Source of the DNA: Ophelia neglecta | Lineage: Eukaryota | Length of the DNA stretch: 64,000 nucleotides | Direction of reading: 5' to 3' | Assembly: GCA_965285935.1 (NCBI GenBank) | Contig: OZ260662.1 | Span: 11,594,001 to 11,658,000 of the forward strand | Part shown: positions 38,743 to 53,700 of the stretch, in pieces | Position numbering within the stretch: position 1 is the first letter of the stretch | Layout of the letters: each line of letters starts with the position of its first letter | Notes under the pieces: model-generated | The model's input: the letters and a program-made list of their open reading frames with translations, nothing else | What the model was told of the DNA's origin: nothing | Databases searched by the model: none | Translations under genes and position numbers: made by a program

Positions 38743-41700
38743 TTACGCTAGCACAGTGTATCCATTGGAGGAGAGAGTCAGCGGACTCTCCAGGCTATAG
38801 TCGTTAGCGGGAAGGTGCTCACGACTGTAACTAGGGTTACCAAACGTGATGTAGGTGCTTTTCTTCCCTTTCCGTTTCCGCCTGTAGAGAGCGTAGACCA
38901 CCACCCCGCCTATTGCCATGACAACCACGATGATGCCGATGACGACTCCGGCGTGGTTGGTGCCTCCCTCTAGCTGCATTTTTGATGGTGTAGCTGGAAA
39001 AGTAATGTTTACTCTAAAGCCCATTGCTTTGCAATTAGAAATGTCGGGACTGGTTATTTTCTAACTACAGCTGATGCACTTGCACACACAAACACACAAA
39101 TATATACGACAAGTAAACATGATATGGCTTGTACACAATAATAAGTCTAAGATATATTAAAGCCAAATCTTTGCATTTACCTTTCTCTATTTATAACACG
39201 TCAATCCATGACTTATTCAACCCTTTACCAACTACACTGTATAGATATTTTAGCCCATTCATATAGAGACGTTCTGCGCATTTGTAAATAAAACAAACAG
39301 AGACCGAGAACAGGATTTAGCCACTTCCATATACGAATTTAAGGTTCAGGGTAACAGATATAGACAAACCTATCTACCTGTATTGTTGGTTGTAGTTGTG
39401 GAGACAACAGGTGGCGTTGTCTTGACAACCGAAGTGGTGGTCGTCTCTTTTGGACTCGGCTTTTTTGTAGGTGCCTTTGGAGTCGAGGTTGACAAGGTCG
39501 TAGAAGACGTCCCATTGCTGGATGTCGTCGGTTGTGCAATTGATGTTTTATCGCTCGGTTCTGGGGTAACAATCGGGACTGTTTCATTCTCTGAAGGAGG
39601 GTTGGGTGAAGGGGTGGAGGGTGTAGGGGTGGAGGGCGTAGAGTTGGATGGAGGTGGGGATAGAGTCGTTTTTGAGCTGTTGGTAGGTGGTATTGTTGAT
39701 TTTGATGTGGTTGTATTCGTTGTTGTTGACGGTTTCGTTGTTGTCGTTGTGGTAGGGGATGTTGGTATAATTGTCAGTTGAGTATTTGGTTCAGTCCCTG
39801 CAAAAATAATATCAATAATTGATTGACAATAATAGCGTAACATTGTCTTGTTTGGTGAAACATATTGCATATTTCTCTGATAATCAGCTGTGTTGCTTCA
39901 TTTATAATTAACAAGTGGCCCAGAACATGGTAAAATTAAGTCACTTTTGTATTTAATAGTTAATAATACAGCCCTAATGTTATTAATGAACTTAATAAAT
40001 GGGTTGATAGCGACAGAAAACGAATATATAGAGTTCTTTCACGGTGAAAACAAAATCACATTGCATGGCTTTGCAAAATGTGCAATACAAATCAGTTTGA
40101 GACCATCTTTCTCTTTTGATGCCTGTTACTGAGACTGCTGTAAAACACTTCAAGTGAGTGTTGGGACGAGAAAAATAACATCGTCAATCTAACGTTACTG
40201 GTACAAAAAAACAAAAAACCCTGAACTAAGTTATTGAATCGATGTGACCATTCTGTTGCAACAATAATAAGGCTCAATTTGGGATACGTCAAGTCGCCAT
40301 TAGCTAACTGGGTGGCCTCTCCTTTTTTTTTTCAGACATGAGGCCAGTCGTCCTATTGCTAGAGAATAGTTAGGTCAGTAGAAGTACCAAACTATTGGCG
40401 AGAGGGGTCAGGGTAAATATATTCTAAATTCGAGGCCTGTTGCCGATCCCTTGACCGCCTCTTTATTTCAAGCCAATGAAAAACTCATTACACTCACAGT
40501 CACAGATCACTGCTGCGTCCTTTTCGTGCGTACAGTTCCCCGCCATGGCCCACGTGATCCCCGTCTTCAGACAGTCGCCTAGATCAGCCTCACCGCCTTG
40601 ACACTGCAGTAGGTCCAGCCAGATGACGTAGTTCTCGGGGGCGGGGCCAAATAGTTCGGATTTCCGGCGTGCAACGGCCGTTTCCGGGCTGCGAAGCAAA
40701 AGAATGGTCGAAGTGCAAATTTATAGTATACTTTTATATATTGTTCACTATGGGTAGAGTAAGCCCCGAATAGACATTTCAATTATTCAGGTCACACTAT
40801 ACTCTTATCATTGCGTCAGCTTCTAGGTCAGGCCATAGGTTATTCGAAAATGACCTATACGTATTTAACATCGAAGCCTCCGCGACTACAACAAACGGAG
40901 TACACATTTTAATATATATGTGCTACACAAAAGCTGATAATTTAAAATAATATCAAGATTTAGCACACGCAAATGTTACCTATTTGATGGTCTGTGAAAA
41001 TGTTACCTTGCTCAACTATGTCGACATTAATCACTTTATTACATTCGTAGCCAAGAAACTACAATCTTTATCAATTAAAAACGGTATACACTGCAATAAA
41101 TTAGAGTGGATGAAGGAGGTATTTCGCAGTAAATTGATATAGAATGTCTTACTCCGAGGCGCCCAGCATCCTGCAGACGACCTTGGCCTCAGCGTCCCCA
41201 AACTGGTTCGAGCAGACGCTGCCCCACTGTCCATCATGGAGGACCTCGAGTCGACCTTCCAAGCCGTCGTGTCGAGATCCGTTCACCAAACGTACCTTCA
41301 TCCGGTCTGAAATGTGAGAAACTTCATTATCTCTGAACAGAATGACTTGCCATGTTAAATTATTATATCTGCAGAAGGCAGTTGTTCGTAGTTTGGTGCT
41401 TTTTAAACACATTTCAATGATTTATTGGGTACTGTGGGACATTTAAATGGTTAAATCGAGGGAAAAAAGATGCAACGCGGAAACACGTTTTCCGTGTGCC
41501 GAACTTCGACGTTGGGCTACTCGAAATTAAGTTTAGTTCTTGGTGACAAATTTTAGTACGAGGGCACTCAGGCAATCTAACTTAAATGGAAAAAGAAGCT
41601 GTCTTATTTTCCTGCCCCCCCCCCCCCGCCCCGCCGGGGGACCAAGATTAAGAGGAGGGATGCGCAGGCGAAATCTCAAATCGCGGGGTTGTTTTTCTAG

Positions 41701-44700
41701 TAGTGTCACTGAAAGTCTCCCCTATTTTTTATCATAGTATAAAAAATGAGGCTCTTTATTTAGCATTGTAAATTGAACAAAAAATGGCCTCTGTTTTAAT
41801 GCGTTGAAAAATGAATCATTGGTGCGCAAATTTCACAGTCGGGAGACCTGCCAGCGCCGGTTTGATAAGGAAAAGTACACGTTAAGAGCAAAAAAATGGC
41901 CTTTTATACTACTCTTCTAGCATGCTTTTAAAAAGGGGAGCTATCTTCTAGCACCACATCAATGAGAAGTGCACCGAAGGCCTGATTATACCAGTCTGAG
42001 ACCGGCTCCGGTTTCAGAGGGTTTCTATGTTTGTCTCGGTTTCGGTGGGTGTCGGTGTGTACGTCTAAAAGTCAGCGTTGTTCAGAACGACAATACACGG
42101 GTACATGATACAAATTTTAACGGGAACCCAGCCTCTCGGACACATCAGCGTGACTTCACTTGAATTAAAATGTATCTCCGCTCCCCGGGATATGAGTTTA
42201 TACAAATACCCTCCCTCATAACGTTCATGCTATTTGAAACTAATACAAACCTGTCGAAAAGTTTTTTTTTTAAGTTTTACAACCTAACATTGTTAGGCAA
42301 AAAGCCTATTAGGTCTTCTTAGTACAGGTTTTCTCCTAGTTGCATGCGATAAGGGAAGGCCTATAGGCCTATTGAATATACTAAAATATTGTATAGATTC
42401 TGTACATAGGCCTACACATTTTCTTCCATTCCTCGTGTAGGTCTACATTGTAAGCAGTACAATATTTACGCAGGGTGCCTCTTATTTCTCATTCAAGCGA
42501 GCCTTTTAGTTTTGTGTTTGAAGGCTGTTCATCTTAAGGGTATACCGAACCCCTAGTTGATGTTAAGTGTTATAATTGATTTTTGTCGACGATTACAATA
42601 TATACAACAAATTTTTCATAATATATAGTGCCCACTAGGTACCAAAAGGCCTATGAGTGGAAATTTCTGAAAAAAAAATTGAATATTATGACTTTGTAGC
42701 AGTTTTTGTCAGAAAATATAGGTATTTTTTTCAAAGGTTGCCATGAACCACTGAAATTATTTACAAGTGTGACAGTTGTGCCAATGTGTTCCTAAGAGTG
42801 TAAACTAGTAAACGGTCATTCAGATTTTCCAAATTCCTCTCCTAACCAGTGATTTAAATAGGCTTTGTAACTAGTCATCTAATATAGTACTCATTATTGG
42901 CTATTTCAACTTTGGCGATTGATTACTAATTGATGGAAAATCTTATAAATAATCTGAATGACCGTTTACTAGATCTAACTCTTGTTGACAAGTTACCGTT
43001 TGCGGATTTTAATTCGGTTAAAGTTTGACGAGGCCAGCGTTGTTTGAAAATGATGAATAGCTTGCAATTTACACCAAGTCATCTTCGCGGCTAATCAACA
43101 AAGAAGGCGCCGGAACACTGTTTTTCTCACTTGGACGCCTGGATTTGGCTTGATGCATTCTCACCTTTTCACTAGCCACTAGGGCAGTATAGTCCCCTAC
43201 AATCCCACAAACTGTCATTTTCTTTCTTCCAATCATAAGCGTAATTTTGAGAGTTTAGTCGGTGAGTTTTAGTCGGTTGAAATGTCACTCGTTCAGTTCC
43301 ACGTGGGTGAGCCACACGGACACATTTTAATTGGCTGTGATGCCGTCGCGTCAGCCCTTGTGGGCGTAGCCACGTAAGGGAAAATAAGTGATATCAGACA
43401 GATCATCTGTTTATATAAGTTCAGCTAACTTGATCAAATATAAATCATGCATCATCAGTTGGAATTAATTAGCGTAAGAATAACTGACTTGTGACTTCAG
43501 ACATCGATTGATTATTACAAATACCGTGTAATTCATATACAAAATAACTGCGGATGGTGGGATATTTCTAAAGGATGGGACGGAAAAAGAGAATCTTTTC
43601 AAACATTTGTAATTAGATTGCGGCCAATTGTGGGATAAACTCTGGTCTGTGCCTGTAGGAATGGATTAGCCTCTGTTGAATTTGATATACTGAAATTCTC
43701 GGCGATAAATATACATCTAGTAAGTTAGGAACGTTCGTTTCACGTTTTATCGCTCACTTACATGCACATGCCTTCTCACACACGCTCTATTAGAAAACAC
43801 GTAGACTACATGTACATGAAGCGCAATTATCTGTATTTGTCGTCGTTTTCATCGGGCTCTATGTCAAAGCTTGCTATACGTTCGTAGACCTATTATATAC
43901 TATTATTGACAAGTTTATTGTCATATGAAAATTCGGACACAGCCTCTTCCTTGGAGCCATTTTACATGAGTTCTATTAGTGATTTTTTGGGCACACTAAC
44001 ATATTATGTACAGGTATCCCACCTGTCATATTATTCAGTTGATCACAACTATCATTGATCCAGTGAGAGTGGGGAGGAGCCTAATTGCCATTGCCTAATG
44101 CTTGGTCATGCATGGCTGATCACTATGGTCATGTGGCTAACAATACCATAACATGTCTTGTTTGTAAACAAACAATTAGCTGATGGGCATGAATAAAAAT
44201 CCTTTTATGAGTAAAATATAAAATGCTAAGAATGAAAATAAACACACCAATGGATAGAGCAGATCAAGCTCTATCTAAAACAGTACATTTTCAAAAATCT
44301 CCCAATAATGAAATTTAACATCCAGTAGGGGTTCGGTATACCCTTAACAGTCAAGAAATGCGATGCAATGATTAATTGCAACTCTCCAGTGCAAACCCCG
44401 CTGCGCAACCATCGACCTATTATACAGTTTACAGTAGGCCCCTAACATTAGAAGGTTCATGTATAGGCCTACTATGTTAGGACTATGCTTGTGTTAAATA
44501 TGTAGCGCGTAAGCCTATACATGCATATATAGGCTACCTCGGGCCGCTATGCAGCCTGACCTAATGTCGTTTACCGCCTATGAATGGGTGGAATGAGAGT
44601 GTGTAATGTGATCAAGCAAATGTCAAGTCATTCTTTGCACATTTGTCGACGGCGCAGGTGTTCCAATCACTATTTAAATACAGCTGTATGACTACTGCTG

Positions 44701-47700
44701 ACAACAACAAAAAAATGATAGCCGGTTGCGTTATAAGCGGTGTTGTTAGCATGTACCCGTGATAGCTCAGTTGGTAGAGCGGGAGACTGTAGTGGTAAAC
44801 TAACTGAAATCTCTAGGTCACTGGTTCGACTCCGGTTCGCGGGACATGTCTTTTGCAAATTTTGCGAATATCGCTTTGCAGCGCACACTTGTGGAGAAAC
44901 TGTTCAGTTAACCTATATATAATCGGCGATCTGTTTTAAACCCCAGTAGGCCATCCCCGGGATATAAGGGGGAAATTCCTTTTTATAACCAGGATTGGGA
45001 AAAAATCCCCCGGCCGCGGCCACCACAACAGATATTTTTTCAAGAATGGCGTAGTTTTGTATGATTATTATTTCGTACAAAACCTGGTAGAGGCGTTCTT
45101 TATGAAGGTGTTGTCAATCCGGGGGAATTCCCCACCCACTGACCCTCGACAACCCAGCAAATGGACAGTTTGCGAATGGTAGTGGTGCCGGTTGGGGGTG
45201 GGGGGGGGAGGGGGGGGGGTAGAGTACAATCGATACGCGCATAAGCCCTGGCAAGTAACACGCGACCGAGTACGCGTGTGAAATGATTTTTTCGAACGAA
45301 CTTTATTTTTCAGATTTAACGTAAACTCGTAAACGTACATGACCCCCCCCCCCTCTCCCTGGGTTGGAGGGGCCGCATGCGCGTTCTCGATTTCTCGGTA
45401 AAAGGGGTACTTTTTGGGGTTTGATCTCGGGCACGAGAATTTCCGAAAAAGGGGTACATTTTCGTTTTTTTCTCCCGAGAAATTGAAAAAAGGGTCTTTT
45501 TTATAAGCCTCCCGAGAAAATGGGTATTTTTACAAGCATGTGCAGAGAAAAGGGTTGGATGTAGAGAGCTGTTAAATGTTTTAGGGCACTTTCCTGGAAA
45601 AAACTCAATGTGTTCCATTTAAATATTTTACCTCATGTTGATGCCCCCTATAAAAGGGGGTTAGGGAGCGTTCATTATTTATGGCCGGGGGGGGGGGGGG
45701 GGTGGTGGTGGTAAATTTTTGAAATGAGTACGTCAAAAAAAATTTGCCCCCCCCCCTGGAAATAGGTGGGAAAAAAATTGCCCCCCCCCCCTTGGAAATA
45801 GGTGGAAAAATAATTGCCCCCCCCCCCATCAAAGACAGGTGGCAGATATGGCTTATGACATTATTCATTTTTATTCTATACATTTGAACACATTTGCAGC
45901 TAGATAATAACAACATCTATGATCTATACAATTTTCACCACTGGGTTTGTCGGAATATTACAATATTAATACATATAATAGTCACTAAAAATTCTTTTCC
46001 TGATGGTTCGACCTGAGCTTCGGTCAAACATGTTATCACTCTTTTTGAGTGACTATTAAAGGCTGTAATATGAAATATATTGAGATGTGTTCATTACCCA
46101 CAAAATGATATAGCGAAACTTTTGTATGTTTGGTATGTGATTGTTTGTAAAAGTTGTACTATGTATCATTGCACGTCATGTCAATACATCTATCACATAT
46201 AAGAAAGTTAGTGAGACAGCAGATACATTGACCAACTGGCCCCATAGGGGGTGGCCCAATGGAACATCCTCATTCAAACGTCCTCGTAATTCCAGTTATT
46301 ATACTTGAATTTTATTTCAATTGGATATATGTATTACTGTGCAATTGCCGGCTTTATTCTTTCAAGTTTTGTTTGTGCTGTATTGGTGCATTAAACTTTC
46401 TGTTTAAGAACTTTTGTTATTTGTATTAGGACAGGTTCTCATACATACTGCATTGTATATTATATGTTCAGTATTTTTCAGTTTACTAGTCGATTTGTTT
46501 TAGTGTGCATGTCTGGTCAGTGTTGCGTGATATTTTGTTTTTTTGTGTCAGGCTGTTGCACAGCAGATACTATAGTGACTCATTTTATGTTTGTCAATGT
46601 TTTTTTTTACTGATTCATGATTTTTTAGAATGCTAGTCTGGGGTCTACACTAACTATTGCCCGACATACCGGGGCACCTCAAATCTGCTTGCGGGCACAA
46701 AGGTTTTAGTTACTAACTTCCCGCCGGGCAACCTGCTAAAATTCCCCAAATAGCTGATTGTTGGATATCTTGTATATTTTATATGTACAAATATTTTGGG
46801 ACAGTAAGCCTATGGTGCTGCGAACATCTTGTCATATTGCACGTTTCTACAAGTCCTAAATCTGTTATTATCTCATTGTTTTGATAAGTATTGTATGATA
46901 ATAATGGATTAAACCAGACATGGGGCGAATACACTTGAAATGTATTCGAATACGAATACGAATACTGAATACAGCAGTTTTCAAATGTATTCGAATACAA
47001 ATACGAATACTTTCAAAAGTATTCATGAATACATTCATGAATATTTTGGGTGTTGTATGCCAATAAATGGATTATATATTAATTAGAGTATATAGCAATT
47101 TAATATTAATTAAATTATATATTATTGATTACACTACCTGATATAGGAGGTATAACAAAAACTGTATTAAATGCCTTAACAAATTACACTGGTACGGATA
47201 CTATGCTATGTACTAGGAGAAAAATACACACTAATAAAATATTATTGGCCTTTCTACATATACTGTCCCATGTATTTAGTGCATTTGTCAATGACACGTA
47301 TTTTACAAATTTAGTATTACTTTTTAGAAACATGAGATTGTCAGACAAAGTTTTTGTCTGACAATCTGCACCTTTCGGGGCAGAAAACATTGTATGTGCC
47401 TTGTATCTTCCTGTTGTATTGTCTGGATGTTTGAAGTGGCTAGCCACAACAGATACTGCCATGGTTTCACATGATGACTAAAAATTTAGCTAATGTGTAC
47501 TGTTCGTCTTGGGGGTTGAACACTGATTACGATGAGATGGCTCAGCCCTAAATACACCTTCAAGAACATGGTCATTCATCAAATTTAGCCAATCACCACA
47601 CTTCTACTTGTATTAAGGATGTACAAAAGTGCCATATGTATGTGTGAAAATCAACATTCAAGTCCAATTCACTGCTCTCCACTTTGCACCAATTTCAGGA

Positions 47701-50700
47701 GTATTAATTGAAATTGAACCTGTGACCAAGGAGACAGAAGCACTTGGTAAAGCTTATAACTGATCTTGTCAACGCGACCAGGGTACAAGGCATCTGTCTT
47801 TCAACACTCTCCTTCCCTTATTCCTAGACTTAAGACAAATGATTCTATTTAATTTCTTACTATCAACCATTGTCTCACCTGATCATTTGATTAGTCTGCT
47901 AAATATCATATTGTCAGACAATGTCAGTCATTGTCTCACCTCAATCCAAACATCACACTGATCAATGGGACTTTCAAAACTACCAAACTAACAAAGCAGT
48001 CTCAACTATCTGTTTTAGGTTCCAGCTAGCATGGAAGTAAGATGTGGAAATTTTAAGATCAGTTAATTCAATTAATTAAGTTTTTCTTGAAAAGGGTTCT
48101 AAGGGGAAAGTTATATATAAATATTTATCATTGTAATCACAAATGTATTCAGGAATATGAATACATTAAGTTTGAAATGTATTCGAATACGAATTTATAT
48201 TGGCTTTTTTCAGAATGTATTCGAATACAAATACGATTACAGCATTTTTGTATTCGAATACATTTGAATACAAATACTGAATACGAATACCCCATGTCTG
48301 GATTAAATAGGATCGCATGGCTTATAAACAATTTGCACATTTATAAATAAGAAATAAATCATTCTCTACCTTATGACTTGTTCTAAATTCGGAGTCATGA
48401 GTTTGATGTATCATTTCATGCCAAAAGAGTTGTATCTACCTGCTATTCATGTGTCAGTACTGTATAAATTCTAGAATTTGTCTAAGTATGATCATTTGCA
48501 TTAGCAGTTTCACTACACACTTTTGTACAATATGTATTTCTATAAAATAGCTACACAAAAGTGTCAATAAGAAATACGTGATAAAAAAAAACTGTCCCCC
48601 CCATGGAAATGGGTTGAAAAAAAATGTCCCCCCCAAATTTACCACCCCCCCCCCCCCGGCCATAAATAATGAACGCTCCCTTAGGTGCTTCCTGGAGCCT
48701 GAGAATAGGGGTGTGATATTTCATCAAGCTTGAGTTAGGGGTGAAAAAACCTGAAATTGCCTTTCCTGAGATAGGGGTCAGTTTTCAAAAGTGATGAACA
48801 AGCATGGGTACCCCCTAAAATGGCGGAGTGGGGGGGCCGGGCGTACATGTACACATAGGCATACATATACCCCATGTTGTTTCACATTTTGCCGAGACAA
48901 ATTTTATGTGTGAAAAAAAAACGTTGTTTTCAATGGGCCTTTTAAACTTCGACTGAAACTTGTTTGTTCTCTCCAAGTTAGGTACAAGCTTTCTCGACAA
49001 AATGTGGACAACCAAGTTGTGTTCAAATTTCTTCTTATTTAATAATCATGCTATCGTTTTTAATCATTCAGTGCATCGATTTATACAAAAGGCAAACATG
49101 TCCGACATTATACCGCACAGGCATAGGCCTATAGGCCAACGACTACCAATAAATATGTCGTTTTATCAGGTTATTTAATAATAGGAAAAATATAAAAAAT
49201 ATTGACATGAATAGCCAATGGTCTAACATTGCAGTTGGCGTATTCACGACGATTCAAGTCAGTTATAAATCTGACATAAAGAAATTTGCCAAATATGGCA
49301 CATAATAGGCTACCCTTGGATGACACACGAACATAAAAGACATAAAGAGTGGTCGATTTTTTAATTAAAACACTTCCACACATGAAAATAACCCAGCTGT
49401 GGCTAATCTACATAATAAATAGACATTTTAGATTTTTGCTTTGATTTTATATTGTATCGTTACCTGCTTCAAATTAGAAAAAGGCGGGATGTTTCACATT
49501 TTCTGAGGAAAAATTTCATATTTTCTTTACCAGTGAGACAGCCGTTTAATAGTTGAGTTGGATTATTGGAATTAAATGATGTTCCTGTCATGCAGGACTG
49601 ATCAACAGCTCAGTGAATTAGATCGTTGGCAAGAGGGATGGCCTTTTATATATAAAATAGGGTGTGAAATCAGGTCGAGGGGTGATCCCGAGGATGTTCT
49701 CGAAAATTCGGGCAAATTGTGGCAATAATTATAAGACGTTCACTGGCAATTTTCTAAAAAAAAAAGGAAAAGGGCTGTCCTCGAAGTGGTGTCTTGATTT
49801 ACATGCCCACCCCCCCCCCCACACACACACACATATCCACCCCTCCTCCCCTCCCTGCTCCAAAGCCCCCCCCCCCTTCTATAATAATTTCCTTGGCGAA
49901 CTATCATGATAGATGTTAGCTAGGTTAGTGTTTGACCTATATACTTACTGTCTGGTCTGGTAGGCGTCTTGTCACATTGTCCACTCAGGAATCTGATGTC
50001 ATCGATGGAGGTCACCTGGTTTCGACATTTATCCGAGCACATCCGGGACTCTATCAGTATCTGGAAGCCGAAACAAAATTAGGGGCCTCTAATACATCAA
50101 AACTGTTATCGTCATCGTTGGTTAGAACTGTCGCATGCTTTTAAATTTATTTGTATTAAACTAACATTAAAACATGTGATTATTATGTTAGATAGCAGGA
50201 TCAGCATTGTGAAAGAAACCAGCAATTTGTAAAAACCTTTCGGAGACTCCCAGGGTTCCGAGAACGGACGCTGGTGGCCTTAGTAAACATACCTTGTCAT
50301 GTGTTTATCTATTTGGTTTAGGCCTCTGCGTTTTGAAGCAGTTTTCAATAGATATTTCTTATAATTATGAAAGGGTGGTAGCAATGCGTTGCTCCGTGGC
50401 TACTCTCTTCGTTTTTAAACGATGGGGAAAACTGCTAGCCTTTACGCCATGTGCGAAATAAGACCAGTCTCCATTGCAGACTCTATTTTATTCCATTTAT
50501 AGTTTTGGTTGTGATTAGATTATTTTATTATTTATTAGGTATTATTTTCATTGATTTTTAAAAGTTTTAGAAAACTATTATCATCTGTAGGGGCATTTTA
50601 TCAAAAACAAGTAATATTGTACAAGTAGTACTGTAATTGTCAATAGGATATATGTAAGGAGCTAGTTGATAATGTATGTACATTGACCTGACCCAATTTG

Positions 50701-53700
50701 CAGCACAGTGATTGGTTACCTGATAGGCCTCGGTCTGCGGAGCGATCTCTGCGAACCCCGACTTCCATTTCTCAGTGTCGTTTTCCGTGATCTCGAATAT
50801 GGTGTCAGTGTTGTCTGTGTGATTGGTGTCTGCGATGGCAGGCCTCAGTTTGATAGACAAGTGGACCACTAGACGATCAGAAAGAATACAACACTCAGAA
50901 TTGTGCATGATACCAGGAAAATAGGAAAACTCGATAACTTGTTTTTAACGCGAGTTCTGATGATAGCGCACAGGGCAAGTGACGCACGTTAAGATAACTG
51001 TGCGTGAGGAAGGGGGGGTGGGGGTGGTCTGTAAAGCTGGTTTCACTCTATATCGTATCTTGTAATATGCATGAAACGACGAAACCTTCTAGAGAAGAAA
51101 ATGTAAGTACCCCCCCCCCTCCCCCAGGAGGCTGTGTGATTGTATACTTGCATACGAACCTACCGATACTTTATCACCCTTACACATGCAGGTATGCAAG
51201 CTCAACGTTTATTAATGAGGATTTTAACAATAAAAAGAAAGAGGGAGTGTCGGGGGCAGGGAGGGGGACGCTTAATATGGACAGATACAGAATGAAAAAA
51301 AGGCAATGGTCAGAAAATTGAAGGCCAAAAGGGATAGGGTGGGGTTGGTGGTGAGGGGGGGGGGGGGGGGGGCTTTAAAAACTAAGGAATAGCTATGAAT
51401 CCCAACTGCCCTTTCCCCTCACCGGCGGGGAGTAACGAGCGCACCCTTAAAAGCAAATTTCAAAAACAGATTTTTTTTGCGTTGATAATAATTGAATAAA
51501 GAATAAACACATTCTCTCTAAATAGTACATTTGTCCAGTCCATACACACTTCTAACCGTGACATTACAGTTTGCCAGCATTTGATTTGTACCAAGAAAAC
51601 TACAATATCATACGCGTTAACAATGTGAATACAGTAGGGAATTGATAGGAGATATAGAAGTATAGATAACACAAACAATTAATCATGATTCTTGTTCTAG
51701 CAAACAGTGCAACTTCATAATGGATGTACGCTTTTGGTCACGACATTACAGTCTGAACTGGAACAAACCAAGTACTGGCAACATGTTCGTCAGTGACAGT
51801 TAAGTATTACTATTTATAAGAGCTATGGGCAGAGAGCCAACGTTTTTTTAAAGCCGAATAACTCATTATAATGGACAGAATGAACAACTTGAAAAAGTAG
51901 GGCGGTTAAAGAGAGAGTAATAAGCGACTAATTATCGTCTGTATCATCATTTTTAATAATTCGTGGCCCAAGGGAGATAATAATGATGTCCGAGATACGA
52001 CACATCTGTTTTCCGAGAAAATAAATTCAACAATCACCCAGCAGATATTTACCTTGTTCTTTGAATGCCACCATGTAGAAAGCAAATGCCATACACCTAG
52101 TTTCTTGGTGAGCGGGGTACTGTGGCGACACCATCAGAGCAGTCAGGTTGGTTTGAACGGCAGTGTTGGGTGTGTGGTGGTCGAGGTCAACATCCATGAA
52201 ATGACCTTGAGAATAAGATCATGTTGCGAATTAGCATACCATAATTGTCTTGTCTCTTATACAGTCACTAAAGCTACTGCACATAATCATCTACAATCAT
52301 ATCGCCAATTAATAACGGTTAGTGTTTTCCAAATGCAATAATGTAGAGCATAATATAATTATGGGAATGTAGTATTTCCCAGTAATGATTATGTTGCATG
52401 TATTTTAATTGTCCACTATGCGGCGACACCGTCGCACCAGTCACATGGGTCACCCATGCCAGTTAATTCAAATATATTGAAAGAGCGTCACTTTCTACCT
52501 GGTAACTGACCGAATAGGACCTTGTGTTTTTGTAGGATTTAAATCCAGTTCTCTACTGGGTAAGTTGTAAAATATTATCTAACCTTAGTTGTACATGTAT
52601 TATATTTCATATTAATGATTATACTTTCTGTAATGCTACAGGAGAATTGATATGGAAATAACTTTAATAACCTTTATAAGAAATACATGATTAAAACATA
52701 TAGAGAAGGTACAAGTCATTCTCTTTAATATTATCTTGGAGCCTATCTATAATGGTATATTACATGCTTTGTCTCCGAGTAACTTACACATGTATTTATC
52801 TTTATTTACAGATTTTATACATTACTTTACTTTGTACAAACCACCTAATAGTCGCTAAATAAATATATATACTCGAACCCTGTATTTTCTTTATATTTTG
52901 ACCATTCATATATATAAGAACCCAAATACCACATAATTATGAACCAGGAAGTCATTTTATAAATATCATAAAATGATAGAATAATCATATATATTTCCTA
53001 GTCAATCGCCTCCCTAATATTTATACGAGACGGACTGACACGATGTCAACTTGGGGCGTCAGATCTTATTATGCGGTGCCCTGACGGGCCTCCGATAAGT
53101 AAGCAGGAAGGGGAAAATTTAATACTCATGGACTACTCAACAGATGCGTAGGAAGAAAAATCAAAGTGGGGGGGGGGGGAACTTTACATCAGCGGCATAA
53201 GGGACGAAATCAAGATTTGGGGGTGGGGCTCAGGTAAGCTAATTCAGGTTTTATTCAATTATGTGTAATGGGTTTGTAAATAACCTGCACACAGGTAACT
53301 ATATGATTATGGTCAAGCCAACTGAAGACAGACGCTTCTGACCAATGCTGCATTACACCATTTTGAGAGGGCAAAATCTGCCCCGAGGGGCCATGGCCCC
53401 TCCACTTAAAAATGTGGGCCCCCCACATTTTTAATTTGAGGGGCCATGCCCCTCCCCCCCCCCCCGGCCTCTGCTTCCTACGCCAATGCTCATCACATCT
53501 GAAAGTTGCCTGGGGTCTACAGACTAACTGGAAGTGATCCGTATTATAAATGTGTGTAAAAGTATATATACTACTTACCTATGTGTTTCGACGATCCATA
53601 CGTGTGGTCATGGCGCGCCCCGCGAGCTTTGTTGATTACGTCTGCGTCGCCGGCGGAGTGACGGTGCCACGCAATTGGTGACGTATTGTCTACAGACCAC

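Larger units (their letters stand above)
45342..48841. mobile_element. Outer non-autonomous DNA element (CCC...CCGGG ends) interrupted by nested insertions
   Basis: C-rich left end and GAGTGGGGGGGCCGGG right end, flanked by CGTACATG on both sides; internal AAAAGGGT/TAGGGG repeats continue across the 45664-48680 insertion. Confidence 0.5.

Noticed and set aside
39383-39781. Val/Gly-rich 132-aa plus-strand ORF
   Set aside because: Reverse complement of the Thr/Pro-rich mucin exon.
41990-42065. Possible extra exon between the MAM and SRCR exons
   Set aside because: Donor phase is incompatible and it lies within a putative transposon.
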